Assembly (NCBI GenBank): GCA_001778235.1
Contig: MFGJ01000006.1
Location: 98,092-162,091, forward strand
Length of the DNA stretch: 64,000 nt
Source of the DNA: Candidatus Falkowbacteria bacterium RIFOXYC2_FULL_36_12
GTDB lineage: Bacteria > Patescibacteriota > Patescibacteriia > UBA11705
Direction of reading: 5' to 3'
A model generated the notes under the pieces. It was given only the letters and a program-made list of their open reading frames with translations, did not search any database and was not told where the DNA came from. Within the stretch, counting starts at the first letter, position 1. Each line of letters opens with the position of its first letter. Shown here piece after piece: positions 9,268-19,049 of this stretch. The position numbers and the translations under genes were made by a program.

Positions 9268-10233
9268 TTAGAAATTTAGAGGGATATAATAAAATTCAAT
9301 GTCATTATAGTTGTTGGAATTGAATTGTTTGATGTAAAAAACTCGATTTTCTCCTTCTTTGAATAAGTCCATGGTATTTTTTTCTAGGTCAATGTGATAA
9401 ATGGCAGATTTCGCATTGTCAGCTGAAGACTCAACTGCGGCGAAAACTAAATTTTTACCATTTGGAGAAAAAGTTATGTCTCCATATTGATTGTACTTTT
9501 CTGGAACCAAATATTTGTGGACATCTTTGGATGCAAGGTTTAGAACAAAAATATTGTCTTCCCATCTGTAAGTAAGTAATTTTTCATCTACTGATAAATC
9601 TTCAAGAATACCTTTTGTGTCCATACCAAAAATCTGTTCAAATGATTTATCTCGAAGGTTGTATTTGTAGAGATTATGAGCGCCAACTCCGGAATAAAGT
9701 ATTAAACCACCAAAACCTAATGGTTCGGTGTAGAAGTAAACATTGTCTGCTGTTTGCTTGAAAATCCCCATGAACATACCATCATTATTAGTTTCAGCTG
9801 GGAATTCAAGTTGTTTGATAACAGTGTCACCATCTTTGAGGGTGAAGGATGTTGGAAATCCGCCTTTGGTTTCATCATAATTTCCTTGGATTGTTTCAAT
9901 TTTTATGTCTGCAATTGGAGGATTTTCTTGGAGTTTTTTTATCAATTCTGCGTTGGTGGTTGATTGTTCTTCAGTCAGAGCAAGGGCGTCTTTGGCTTGT
10001 TGCAGTTCAGATTGTAGCGTTGATTTTTCTTGTGAAAATTGATTGCCTTGCCAGAAGTAAACTCCGGCTCCAGCCCCACCGGCACCAATGATAAGAGCGA
10101 CTAGTCCGATAATAATAGTCAGCACTGTGCTGGTGCCACTAGAACTTGGTGATGTTTGAGGAATTTCTTCGTTTGGTAAAAGAGGTTTTTCTTCTCGACC
10201 AAGATTGTTTGGCATAGTGTTAATGTTATCCAT
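9268..10233 (-). CDS. Hypothetical membrane-anchored protein (TM, coiled coil, TolB-like propeller blades)
   Basis: Single TM, heptad segment, LSVDEKLLTY and FSPNGKNLVF repeats. Confidence 0.6.
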   Translation of the reverse strand: MDNINTMPNNLGREEKPLLPNEEIPQTSPSSSGTSTVLTIIIGLVALIIGAGGAGAGVYFWQGNQFSQEKSTLQSELQQAKDALALTEEQSTTNAELIKKLQENPPIADIKIETIQGNYDETKGGFPTSFTLKDGDTVIKQLEFPAETNNDGMFMGIFKQTADNVYFYTEPLGFGGLILYSGVGAHNLYKYNLRDKSFEQIFGMDTKGILEDLSVDEKLLTYRWEDNIFVLNLASKDVHKYLVPEKYNQYGDITFSPNGKNLVFAAVESSADNAKSAIYHIDLEKNTMDLFKEGENRVFYIKQFNSNNYNDIEFYYIPLNF

Positions 10234-10381
10234 AAAATAAATTTAATTACATGCCAATATTATAACATAATTTGATTTAATCATGAAAATATTGCTGTTG
10301 ATTAAATATAGAGAAATGGTAAGATTGAATTAAGTTTGAAGGTGATTGAGTTTTGAAGTTTACAAATAAAGATTTTTTGAA

Positions 10382-10491
10382 TGCTTCGCAGAGTCCCCCC
10401 TGATCAAGTCCGGGGCATGCTTTTTGGCAGTCTGCCTGTTGCCTGCCTGCCGCCTGCCTGCCTGTAGGCAGGGTAGGCAGGCAAAAAGAAT
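10382..10491. repeat. Composite palindromic intergenic repeat, homologous to 41926-42029
   Basis: Shared tgcttcgcagagt.ccccc.gatcaa.tccgg.gcat.ctttttg...ggcaggcaa scaffold with different internal hairpins. Confidence 0.8.
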
Positions 10492-10551
10492 GTGGAGATT
10501 CAATGCGAATTGCTTGTTCATACTTAGTGCATTGATTACACGCAGAATCCT

Positions 10552-10591
10552 CCCAGACCTGCCTTCATCAAGATTACGGCAGGCAAGCCCC
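10552..10591 (+). repeat. ~40-bp REP-like repeat family A, copy 1
   Basis: cccagacctgccttcatcaagattacggcaggcaagcccc. Confidence 0.9.
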
Positions 10592-10700
10592 GATGTTGGT
10601 AATGTTTGTGGTTTTATCACGAGAGAAATGAATATATTCTCAAAAAAAAAGATACGAGTAAAAAGTTAAAAGTTAAAAAAAATTAGTAAATTTATCTTTT

Positions 10701-12473
10701 ATGGATCCGGTAGAAGAAATAAAAAGAAAATTGGATATTGTTCAGATTATTGGAGAATATGTTGAGTTGAAACAAGCTGGTCAGAGTTTCAAGGGCAAAT
10801 GTCCATTCCATAATGAAAAAACCCCATCATTTGTTGTTAATCAAGATCGGCAGTTTTATTATTGTTTTGGCTGTAATGAAGGTGGAGATATGTTTTCTTT
10901 TTTGCAAAAATATGAGAATTTGGATTTTCCAGAAGCTCTGAAAATTTTAGCTGGTAAGGCAGGATTGACATTGGATCGTTTTAATCCCAGGGCAACCAGT
11001 AGAAAAACTAGATTATATGATTTATTAGCAGATGTTACAGAATTTTGGATAAAAAAATTAAATTCTGATCAAGGAAAGGTTGCTCTAGAATATTTGGGTA
11101 AAAGAGGTTTGAGTTCAGAAATTCAGGAAAAATTTAAATTGGGCTATGCCCCTGATAGTTGGGATCAGACGCTCAATTATTTGAAAGAAAAAGGTTATGC
11201 TGAACGAGAAATTTTTGATGCAGGATTGATTATTCGAAAAAATTTAGGTAGTAGCTATTATGATCGTTTTCGAAATAGGATAATTTTTCCAATCCGTGAT
11301 ATTCACGGCAGTATTGTTGGTTTTACTGCTAGAGCACTTGATCCAGAGGAAAAAGCTAAATATATTAATTCTCCTGAAACTGAAATTTATAAAAAAAGTG
11401 ATGTTTTGTATGGTTTTGATATAGCAAAAAAAGCGATTAAAGAAAAAGCATATATTATTTTGGTTGAAGGTAATATGGATGTAATCGCTTCGCATCGTGC
11501 AAAGGTTGAAAATGTGGTCGCGGTTTCAGGTACAGCCTTGACCGACAAGCAACTTGATTTAATAAAGAGGTACACAGAAAATGTTGTTATGTGTTTTGAC
11601 ATGGATGAGGCTGGACAAAAGGCTGCTGGTCGTTCAATTGATTTAGCGATTAAACATGGGATGAATATAAAAGTTGTTGTGCTCACAGGTGCCAAGGATC
11701 CAGATGAGATGGTGAATCAAGATCCGAATTTGTGGGTAAAAGCTTTGTCCAACTCAAAAATAATTATGCAGTATTATTTTGATAAATATTTTGACGGATA
11801 TGAACCGAGCGATGTTCAAAAGAAAAAAGAAATTGCCAGAAGTTTGCTCACAGAGATCAATAAATTAGTTGATAAAATTGAACAAGAACATTGGCTTCGA
11901 GAGTTAAGTTATCGTCTAAATGTTCCAATCCAACTTTTAAGCGATAGTTTACCAACAAGACAGAAAATGCAAGAAAAGACAAATTTGAAATCAGTAAATA
12001 ATTTATCAAGTAAAAAGAATTTTGAAAAAGATTATTTGATTAAGCTGATAATCAGTTTGGCGCTCAATCATTTTGAATTGGTACATCTGCTTATTGAAAG
12101 GCTGGAAATCGAGATGATTGATGGGGCATATGAGGTATTTTACAAAAATATTATTAACTGGTATAATAAAACTAGCTTAAAAAATCAGAGGAATCTCTTT
12201 GAATATTTAATTGAAAATGTTGAAGGATTGGATGAAGCAAATTTGAATTCACTTGTATTATTAAAGGATCAATACATTGAAGACTTGAAAGACGAAGAGC
12301 TGGAATCAGAATGTCTAAAAATCATCAATCTCTTGAAGAAAAAGTATTATTCAGCTAGGATTACGGAGATTGACTATCAGATTAGGCAGTTCGAAAGCAG
12401 TGGGCGCAAGGATTTAATAGCTGATTTGTACAAACAATTACAGGATATAAATTATAAAAAAAATAAACTATAA
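10701..12473 (+). CDS. dnaG: DNA primase
   Basis: CPFHNEKTPSF...CFGC zinc finger, KYINSPET, VEGNMDV TOPRIM, CFDMDEAG. Confidence 0.98.
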   Translation: MDPVEEIKRKLDIVQIIGEYVELKQAGQSFKGKCPFHNEKTPSFVVNQDRQFYYCFGCNEGGDMFSFLQKYENLDFPEALKILAGKAGLTLDRFNPRATSRKTRLYDLLADVTEFWIKKLNSDQGKVALEYLGKRGLSSEIQEKFKLGYAPDSWDQTLNYLKEKGYAEREIFDAGLIIRKNLGSSYYDRFRNRIIFPIRDIHGSIVGFTARALDPEEKAKYINSPETEIYKKSDVLYGFDIAKKAIKEKAYIILVEGNMDVIASHRAKVENVVAVSGTALTDKQLDLIKRYTENVVMCFDMDEAGQKAAGRSIDLAIKHGMNIKVVVLTGAKDPDEMVNQDPNLWVKALSNSKIIMQYYFDKYFDGYEPSDVQKKKEIARSLLTEINKLVDKIEQEHWLRELSYRLNVPIQLLSDSLPTRQKMQEKTNLKSVNNLSSKKNFEKDYLIKLIISLALNHFELVHLLIERLEIEMIDGAYEVFYKNIINWYNKTSLKNQRNLFEYLIENVEGLDEANLNSLVLLKDQYIEDLKDEELESECLKIINLLKKKYYSARITEIDYQIRQFESSGRKDLIADLYKQLQDINYKKNKL

Positions 12474-12533
12474 TTATAATAAGCAAAATTTAGTTTATCA
12501 AAACTGAAAATTTTTCAGTACATTTTTCAATTT

Positions 12534-13805
12534 ATGGCAAGAATAAAAGCTGACAAAAGAAAAAATGCCAAAAAAACTGCCTCAAAAACAGTTGAAAAAA
12601 GTAAAAAAAGCAGAGCAAATACTAAGCCTGCTAAAAAATTACCCCGTAAATTTAATTGGGGATCAAAGCCTGCAAAGGCAATAAAAAGCAACAAAGTGCG
12701 GTATCAAAAAGAAATACCGCCAACAACTGAAGAAATACAAAAACTCATTGGCAAGGGCAAAATGAGAAATTTTTTAACTGAAGAAGAAGTTCTTCGGGTT
12801 TTTCGATCAGTTGAAGATTACATTGATTTATACGAAGAATTTCTAGACGATAGTGATACTGCTGGAATAAAGATTGTTGAATTAAAGGGTGGAGTTTTGA
12901 CCAAGAGAGAAGATAGAGATAAGGTATTGATTTCTGCTGGTTTGTCTGGTGTGGAATCTGGTCGAAACGAGGTTATGGAGTTGTCGGCTGATTCAATTCA
13001 AATGTATTTGAGGGAGATTGGAAAAGTCCCACTGCTTAAACATGAAGAGGAATTGAATTTGGCCAAGAGAAAAGAAAAAGGTGACAAAGAAGCGGAGAAA
13101 AAAATTATCGAGGCTAATTTGAGGTTGGTGGTTTCTATTGCCAAGCGTTTTGTTGGTAAGAGCTTGTCTTTGCTTGATTTAATCCAAGAAGGAAATATCG
13201 GGTTGTTTCGAGCAGTAGAGAAGTTTGAATATAGAAAGGGTTATAAATTCTCAACTTATGCTACTTGGTGGATTCGCCAAGCGATTACCAGAGCTTTGGC
13301 TGATCAATCTCGAACAATTCGTATTCCAGTCCACATGGTTGAAACTATTAATAAGTTTCAGCAGATTGAACGACGATTGATCCAAGATCTTGGTCGTGAG
13401 CCAATGCCTGAAGAAATTTCTGCTGAAATGGGCGAAGATTTGGTCAAGGTAAATTATATTATTAAAATTTCACAGGAAACAATTTCACTTGAGACTTCAG
13501 TCGGTGATGATGATGAAGATTCAACGCTTGAAGATTTCATCGAGGATGTAAAAAATGTTTCTCCTGACCGAAGTGCGGCTCTGCAATTACTGAAGGATTA
13601 TGTTCGTGAAACAATTAAGGAATTGTCTCCGCGTGAACAAAAGATACTTGAAATGCGTTTTGGTTTGATTGATGGTGTCGCTCATACCTTGGAAGAGGTC
13701 GGTGCAGAGTTTGATGTTACTCGTGAGCGTATTCGTCAAATTGAAGCTAAAGCTTTGGAAAAGATTCAACAATTCAAAGGTATTGAGAAGTTGCGGGATT
13801 ATTAG
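12534..13805 (+). CDS. rpoD: Primary RNA polymerase sigma factor (sigma-70/SigA)
   Basis: [48 protein letters not shown]; directly after dnaG. Confidence 0.97.
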   Translation: MARIKADKRKNAKKTASKTVEKSKKSRANTKPAKKLPRKFNWGSKPAKAIKSNKVRYQKEIPPTTEEIQKLIGKGKMRNFLTEEEVLRVFRSVEDYIDLYEEFLDDSDTAGIKIVELKGGVLTKREDRDKVLISAGLSGVESGRNEVMELSADSIQMYLREIGKVPLLKHEEELNLAKRKEKGDKEAEKKIIEANLRLVVSIAKRFVGKSLSLLDLIQEGNIGLFRAVEKFEYRKGYKFSTYATWWIRQAITRALADQSRTIRIPVHMVETINKFQQIERRLIQDLGREPMPEEISAEMGEDLVKVNYIIKISQETISLETSVGDDDEDSTLEDFIEDVKNVSPDRSAALQLLKDYVRETIKELSPREQKILEMRFGLIDGVAHTLEEVGAEFDVTRERIRQIEAKALEKIQQFKGIEKLRDY

Positions 13806-13915
13806 AGATGCAAATATACAAATACTACAAATATTACAAATGCTAGAGATGCTAGAGATACGAAATTACGAAAGATTACGAACATTACAAAAGTTAGAAC
13901 TATGAGTTACAAAAC
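13803..13915 (+). repeat. Degenerate 8-9-nt tandem repeats (tacaaata, ctagagat, ttacga)
   Basis: Visible periodic low-complexity tract after rpoD. Confidence 0.6.
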
Positions 13916-14088
13916 TATTTCGCAAAAGCCTGTTTGAGGCAGACTGGGCGGATGCGCCTATGGCGCGAAATACTAGAGATACGGATGTTATATCCAATAA
14001 GACAAGGGCTAGATGAATAAATGGGCAGGGCTCAATTCGGATTGAAGTTATAAAAAGATTTATATAGAGGTTTAGTCTTAATTATTTT

Positions 14089-14712
14089 ATGAATAAAATA
14101 TTAATGTGGATTCTAATTATTTTGGCAGTTCTCGGAGTATCCGTGGTTGCAATTGTTGAATATGAATCCAAGCAGACTTTTAAGAAACCCGCCATTTATC
14201 TTTACCCGACCGAAGACTCATTTATAAATGTAAAATTAGATGTAAATGGAAAAATAATCCAAGACATTCCAAAATATGAAAATGGCTGGAATGTTTTTGT
14301 TACAAAAGATGGTGTAATTGAGGATAAATATGATTATCTGTTTTACGAGGCAAAGCTAAAAAGTAAACAACTTCCAAATGAAGGCTGGATTGTAGAATAT
14401 TCAAATTTGGAAAATTGGTTTGATGTTAACTTAATAAAATTAGGTTTGAATCAGAAAGAAGCAAGCCAATTTAAAGAATATTGGCTAGTAGAACTGCCCA
14501 AATCTGATTATTATGAGATAAAACTATTTGACCAATCTTTCCTAAAGAGAAATATGAATCTCATAATTTCACCGCAACCAGATACATTAATAAGATTAAA
14601 TTTCCACTTCAAACCACTAAAAGAACAAATTGAAATTGCCGAACCTCAAATAGTTATCCCAGAACGAAATGGATTTGTTGTTGTAGAATGGGGTGGAGTA
14701 TTAGATAGTTGA
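14089..14712 (+). CDS. Conserved hypothetical exported protein (KPxIYLYP...VEWGG family)
   Basis: N-terminal TM; KPAIYLYP, YLFYEA, FKEYW, VVEWGG motifs. Confidence 0.75.
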   Translation: MNKILMWILIILAVLGVSVVAIVEYESKQTFKKPAIYLYPTEDSFINVKLDVNGKIIQDIPKYENGWNVFVTKDGVIEDKYDYLFYEAKLKSKQLPNEGWIVEYSNLENWFDVNLIKLGLNQKEASQFKEYWLVELPKSDYYEIKLFDQSFLKRNMNLIISPQPDTLIRLNFHFKPLKEQIEIAEPQIVIPERNGFVVVEWGGVLDS

Positions 14713-14788
14713 GCCCTACCGTAAACCATTTTTTTAAAATGATGTTGTGTGAAATTGTGCACATATATTGAATAGCTTTAATAAAAAT

Positions 14789-15373
14789 ATGACAAAATTA
14801 ATTTGGTTAATTTTATTTGTAGTCATTGTTGGTGGTGGATATTGGTATTGGCAGAATAGATACATTGATGATAGTCAGATTGGATTGACGGAAATAAACT
14901 TTGAAACAGTAGAAGCAGGTGATAATAAAATTCAGCCAAATGTTAATAAAAATTCAGTTGACGACACTTCCAGTGAAAAAGAAAATGTTGAAAAGTCAGT
15001 TTTGAATGAAAATAATGAGCAGATTGAAACAGTGGAGGCTTTGCTTCAGTCCGTGATGGAGCAGTTTTATAAAGCAGTTGAAGCCAAGGATTTTAGTCAA
15101 TTTTATATCTGGTTAGATTCTGGTTTTGCCAAAACAACATCTGCGGAAGATTTGGAACAGTCATTTTCAGTTTATTTTGACAAATTATATTTACTTCAAC
15201 CGATAAGTGATGGTGAATTGGATTTTTCTGAAACAACCACTCCTGATGGAGGTAATTATAATGGAACATTTACTAATGATGAGAGAATAGTTAGTTTTGA
15301 AATCGGTTTGTCAAAGGCTGAAGTTCCAGATCGAAAAATCAGGAAAATTATTGTTGATGTTAGTAAAAAATAA
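14789..15373 (+). CDS. Hypothetical membrane-anchored protein
   Basis: Long ORF with N-terminal TM ending GGGYWYW. Confidence 0.65.
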   Translation: MTKLIWLILFVVIVGGGYWYWQNRYIDDSQIGLTEINFETVEAGDNKIQPNVNKNSVDDTSSEKENVEKSVLNENNEQIETVEALLQSVMEQFYKAVEAKDFSQFYIWLDSGFAKTTSAEDLEQSFSVYFDKLYLLQPISDGELDFSETTTPDGGNYNGTFTNDERIVSFEIGLSKAEVPDRKIRKIIVDVSKK

Positions 15374-15593
15374 ATAAAATATCTTTGATTTTGGTGTTTT
15401 TTAAGTTAAATTCATCTATTGATTTAATTTTATTATTTTGTTAGTATAAGAAGGCAATATTTATTGTGTCTGTCTAAGTTCCTTTGGAGTTTTAGTCAGA
15501 CACGCGATAGCTCCCGCCTACGCTCCTATAGGAGCGTAGGCGGATAAACAGTCGGTTTTCGACTTCGCTATCGCGTATTCAAATGTAAATTAT

Positions 15594-15669
15594 TCCGCGA
15601 TAGCTCAGTCGGTAGAGCAACTGGCTGTTAACCAGTGGGTCGTCGGTTCGAGTCCGACTCGCGGAGCCA
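15594..15669 (+). tRNA. tRNA-Asn (GTT)
   Basis: tccgcga/tcgcgga acceptor stem, actgg-ctGTTaa-ccagt anticodon arm, encoded GCCA. Confidence 0.97.
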
Positions 15670-15673
15670 AAGA

Positions 15674-15702
15674 AAAAAGACAAGCATCGCTTGTCTTTTT
15701 TC
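15674..15702 (+). terminator. Intrinsic terminator after tRNA-Asn
   Basis: aaaaaagacaagc-atc-gcttgtctttttt. Confidence 0.8.
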
Positions 15703-15740
15703 TGTTTTAAATATGCAATTTTTATTAAGAGTCAAAGCCT

Positions 15741-15770
15741 ATTGCAAACTATTCGCATTTATGATAGTAT
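15741..15770 (+). promoter_or_regulatory. Candidate Fur/Zur-family operator overlapping a promoter
   Basis: Imperfect palindrome TGCAA-actat-TCGCA overlapping ttgcaa (-35) with tagtat (-10) 17 nt downstream, just before the regulator gene. Confidence 0.45.
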
Positions 15771-15779
15771 GAAAATGAT

Positions 15780-16157
15780 ATGGAAAAAATAAAGCAACAA
15801 TTAATAAAATCTGGATATAAATTAACCAAAGCGCGATTAGTTGTTTTGGAGTATTTATATTTGAATCACCTGACAGTTTCAGCCAGAAAATTGCACCAGG
15901 AAGTCAAAGTATGTGATCAGGCTTCGGTTTATAGAACTCTAAATCTATTTGAAAAATTAAATCTGGTTAATGTTGAAATAGTTAATAAAGAAAAAATTTA
16001 TTGTTTATCTGAAAAACCGCATCATCATATTATTTGCAAGAAATGTGGTTATAGTGAACTTGTGGTGTGTAATCATGACTTTACTAGATTTAAAAAATTT
16101 GAAAATGTTTCCCATCAATTAACCTTGATAGGAGTATGTAAAAAATGTAATAAATAA
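15780..16157 (+). CDS. Fur-family transcriptional repressor, probably Zur
   Basis: GYKLTKAR, ASVYRTL, HHHIICKKCG, C-terminal CKKC; heads a Zn/Mn ABC operon. Confidence 0.88.
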   Translation: MEKIKQQLIKSGYKLTKARLVVLEYLYLNHLTVSARKLHQEVKVCDQASVYRTLNLFEKLNLVNVEIVNKEKIYCLSEKPHHHIICKKCGYSELVVCNHDFTRFKKFENVSHQLTLIGVCKKCNK

Positions 16158-16178
16158 AATAATATTCAATTTCAAAAT

Positions 16179-17105
16179 ATGAAAAAACTGATTTTTGGTG
16201 CAATATTTTTGATGGTTTCATTGTTGATTTTATCCGGGTGTATTAACAAGTCTGTCCAAGATAATGTTAATAAATCTGATAAATTAACAGTAGCTGTTTC
16301 AATCTTTCCGATTTTTGACATAGTGAAACAGGTAGCTGGCGATAAAATTGATACTACTTTGATTTTATCACCCGGTTCCAGTCCCCACACTTATGAAATA
16401 ACACCGACTGAAGTAAAGAAGTTGCAGGGAGCTGAATTATTGATTGTTACTGGCCTTGGGATTGATGATTGGATTTTGAATGTGGCAAATTCAATTCCCG
16501 GAAGTACAGTGTTTGATTTGAGCAAATTTGTGAAGTTGCAAGAATATAATTTACAAGGAGCCAATCATATTCCCGACCCAGATGAACAGGGTAATCAGAT
16601 TTATGATCCACATTATTGGCTTGAACCAAATAATGCTATAATTATTGCGGAAACAATTGAGAAAAAATTCTCTGAATTGGATCCTGAAAATGCTGGTTAT
16701 TATGAGGAATCTGCACAAACATTTATTGATAAAATAAATTTCCAGGACAAGGTTTGGACAAGTAAATTAAACAAAATACAACAAAAAGACATCTTGGTGT
16801 TTCATGACGCTTGGGGATATTTTGCTGATCATTTTGGATTATTTATTGCGGCATCGTTTGAACCATTCCCAGTCCAAGAGCCAACACCGAAATATTTAAA
16901 AGAATTACAAGATATTGTTAATGAAAAGAAGATAAAAACTATTTTTGTCGAGCCACAACTGTCAACGCAATCAATATCTGCTTTGGCGAAAGATCTTGGT
17001 GTTTCAATAAATGTATTGGACCCATTGGGTGGCGTGAACGGTCGTAATTCTTACATTGAGTTGATAGATTTCAATGTTAATAATATTTACGATTTGTTGA
17101 AATAG
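16179..17105 (+). CDS. znuA: Zn/Mn ABC transporter substrate-binding lipoprotein
   Basis: Lipobox LSGC, SPHTYE, DPHYWL, FHDAWGY, LDPLG. Confidence 0.9.
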   Translation: MKKLIFGAIFLMVSLLILSGCINKSVQDNVNKSDKLTVAVSIFPIFDIVKQVAGDKIDTTLILSPGSSPHTYEITPTEVKKLQGAELLIVTGLGIDDWILNVANSIPGSTVFDLSKFVKLQEYNLQGANHIPDPDEQGNQIYDPHYWLEPNNAIIIAETIEKKFSELDPENAGYYEESAQTFIDKINFQDKVWTSKLNKIQQKDILVFHDAWGYFADHFGLFIAASFEPFPVQEPTPKYLKELQDIVNEKKIKTIFVEPQLSTQSISALAKDLGVSINVLDPLGGVNGRNSYIELIDFNVNNIYDLLK

Positions 17106-17149
17106 GGCCAGTAAATGAAGTGCTGAATTTATAATACAAACTATTTTAT

Positions 17150-17866
17150 ATGGATAAAAAGGTGATTGAGGTAAAAAATTTAACATACAAATTTGATGAT
17201 TTTGTTGCATTAGACAAAATAAATTTTGATGTTGGAAAAGGTGATATTGTTGCAATAATTGGTCCAAATGGTTCGGGTAAAAGTACTTTGTTAAAATGTA
17301 TCATCGGGATGAATAAACCAACTGATGGAAGTGTTAAAATTTTTGGCAAGAATCCAAGACAGGTTGTGAAAAATATTGGCTATGTGCCACAGAATTTTGA
17401 ATTTGATCGGAATATCCCGATTACTGTTTATGAATTTATGGGGTTAGAAAAGTGTGGTGAATTAAAACACAGTCATTCCAATATAAAAAATGTATTAAAA
17501 GATGTAGGTCTTAGTAATGTGGAGCAGAAAAAATTGGGGGAATTGTCTGGAGGGCAATTCCAAAGAGTGATGATTGCGAGGGCCTTGTTGCATGAAAAGA
17601 AACTATTGATATTTGATGAACCATCATCTGGTATTGACATTGTTGGTGAGCAAACAATTTACGATTTGATTGAAGAAATAAATTTGGATAGAGGCACTAC
17701 TTGTTTGATTGTGTCTCATGAATTGAATATTGTAAATAAATATGCCAATAAAGTAATTTGTTTAAATAAAAAAATGATTTGTTTCGGTTCTCCTGAATCA
17801 GTGATTACACCAGCGAACTTGAAAAAACTTTACGGAATTGGAGCAGGTCTTTATCACTCACATTAA
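17150..17866 (+). CDS. znuC: Metal ABC transporter ATP-binding protein
   Basis: GPNGSGKS, GYVPQ, LSGGQFQRV, FDEP, SH. Confidence 0.9.
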   Translation: MDKKVIEVKNLTYKFDDFVALDKINFDVGKGDIVAIIGPNGSGKSTLLKCIIGMNKPTDGSVKIFGKNPRQVVKNIGYVPQNFEFDRNIPITVYEFMGLEKCGELKHSHSNIKNVLKDVGLSNVEQKKLGELSGGQFQRVMIARALLHEKKLLIFDEPSSGIDIVGEQTIYDLIEEINLDRGTTCLIVSHELNIVNKYANKVICLNKKMICFGSPESVITPANLKKLYGIGAGLYHSH

Positions 17867-17867
17867 T

Positions 17868-18683
17868 ATGTTAGAATTTTTACAATATCCATTTATGATA
17901 CGGGCGATAGTTTCTGGTGCTTTTATTGCTGTGCTTCTTGGTTGGCTTGGTACTTTTGTTGTGACTAGAAAGATGAGTTTAATCGGAGATGGTATTGCTC
18001 ACGCATCATTAGCCGGCATTGCTCTGGCATTACTTCTCGGCTGGATGCCAATACCAACAGCGGTTATTTTTGCTGTTTTTATTGCAGCCTTAATTTATTT
18101 ATTAGAAAAAAAGACAAGAATATCGAGTGATATGGCAATTGCGGTTATTTTTACAACCGGTATGGCTCTTGGTATTGTTTTGTTACATTTTTATCAGGGA
18201 TACCAACCAGAGTTGCTTAGTTATTTGTTTGGTAATATTTTGGCGATTAATTCTTATGATTTATTTAATATAATTGTTATTGGGGTGATAATTTTAATCT
18301 GTTTGTTTATTTTTTATCGTAAAATATTATTTAGTACATTTGATCCAGTAGGTGCCTATTTGTCAGGAATAAAACCGTGGGTTTATGATCTCGTGCTCTA
18401 TATCGCGACAGCAGTTTCTATTGTTTTAAGTATAAAACTTATTGGTATAATCTTGGTCAGTGCTTTGCTGGTTACTCCAAGCGCGATTGCCAGATTATTT
18501 GTAAAATCTTTTAAGGGATTTACTTTGTTAACAATTTTATTGTCAGTATTTATAGTTATTGCTGGATTGATATTATCTTATTATCTGGATTTACCATCTG
18601 GAGCTGTGATTGTGTTAACAGGTACAATCTCATTTATTGTAGGGTATTTAATTTCTCTAATATTAAAAAAAATTAAAAGTTGA
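17868..18683 (+). CDS. znuB: Metal ABC transporter permease
   Basis: GDGIAHASLAG, YLFGNIL, multiple TMs; ATG 17868. Confidence 0.9.
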   Translation: MLEFLQYPFMIRAIVSGAFIAVLLGWLGTFVVTRKMSLIGDGIAHASLAGIALALLLGWMPIPTAVIFAVFIAALIYLLEKKTRISSDMAIAVIFTTGMALGIVLLHFYQGYQPELLSYLFGNILAINSYDLFNIIVIGVIILICLFIFYRKILFSTFDPVGAYLSGIKPWVYDLVLYIATAVSIVLSIKLIGIILVSALLVTPSAIARLFVKSFKGFTLLTILLSVFIVIAGLILSYYLDLPSGAVIVLTGTISFIVGYLISLILKKIKS

Positions 18684-19049
18684 ATTATCAAAGTAAAAAT
18701 AGAGGTGTACTTTGTTTTTATCAGAAATTGGTAGAATCCGGACTAATTCTGAACTAAATTCAGGATAGGCTCCGAAGTGACAAGTTAGAAGGCGGGGTTT
18801 TTGTATGACTTGGTAAAACCACCAGTGTAAGCTGGTGGAGTTTCATTTAAATGGACGATATTAGTAGTATTCTGATTTAGAATTATGATTGATTGACAAA
18901 TATTAAAAAATATGTAATTATATTGGTTAGGAATTAAATAAATTAACGATATTACGATTTGTACTCTTAGACAGCTATTATTATCATAAAAATTGATCAA
19001 ATAGCTCTAAAATATAACAGTTTTAGGACTAGGGCAAATAAAACAATTT

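Noticed and set aside
10360..10669. ORFs containing LPACRQ/PDLPSSRLRQASP (also at 37205 and 42089)
   Set aside because: Translations of the palindromic repeat families, not proteins
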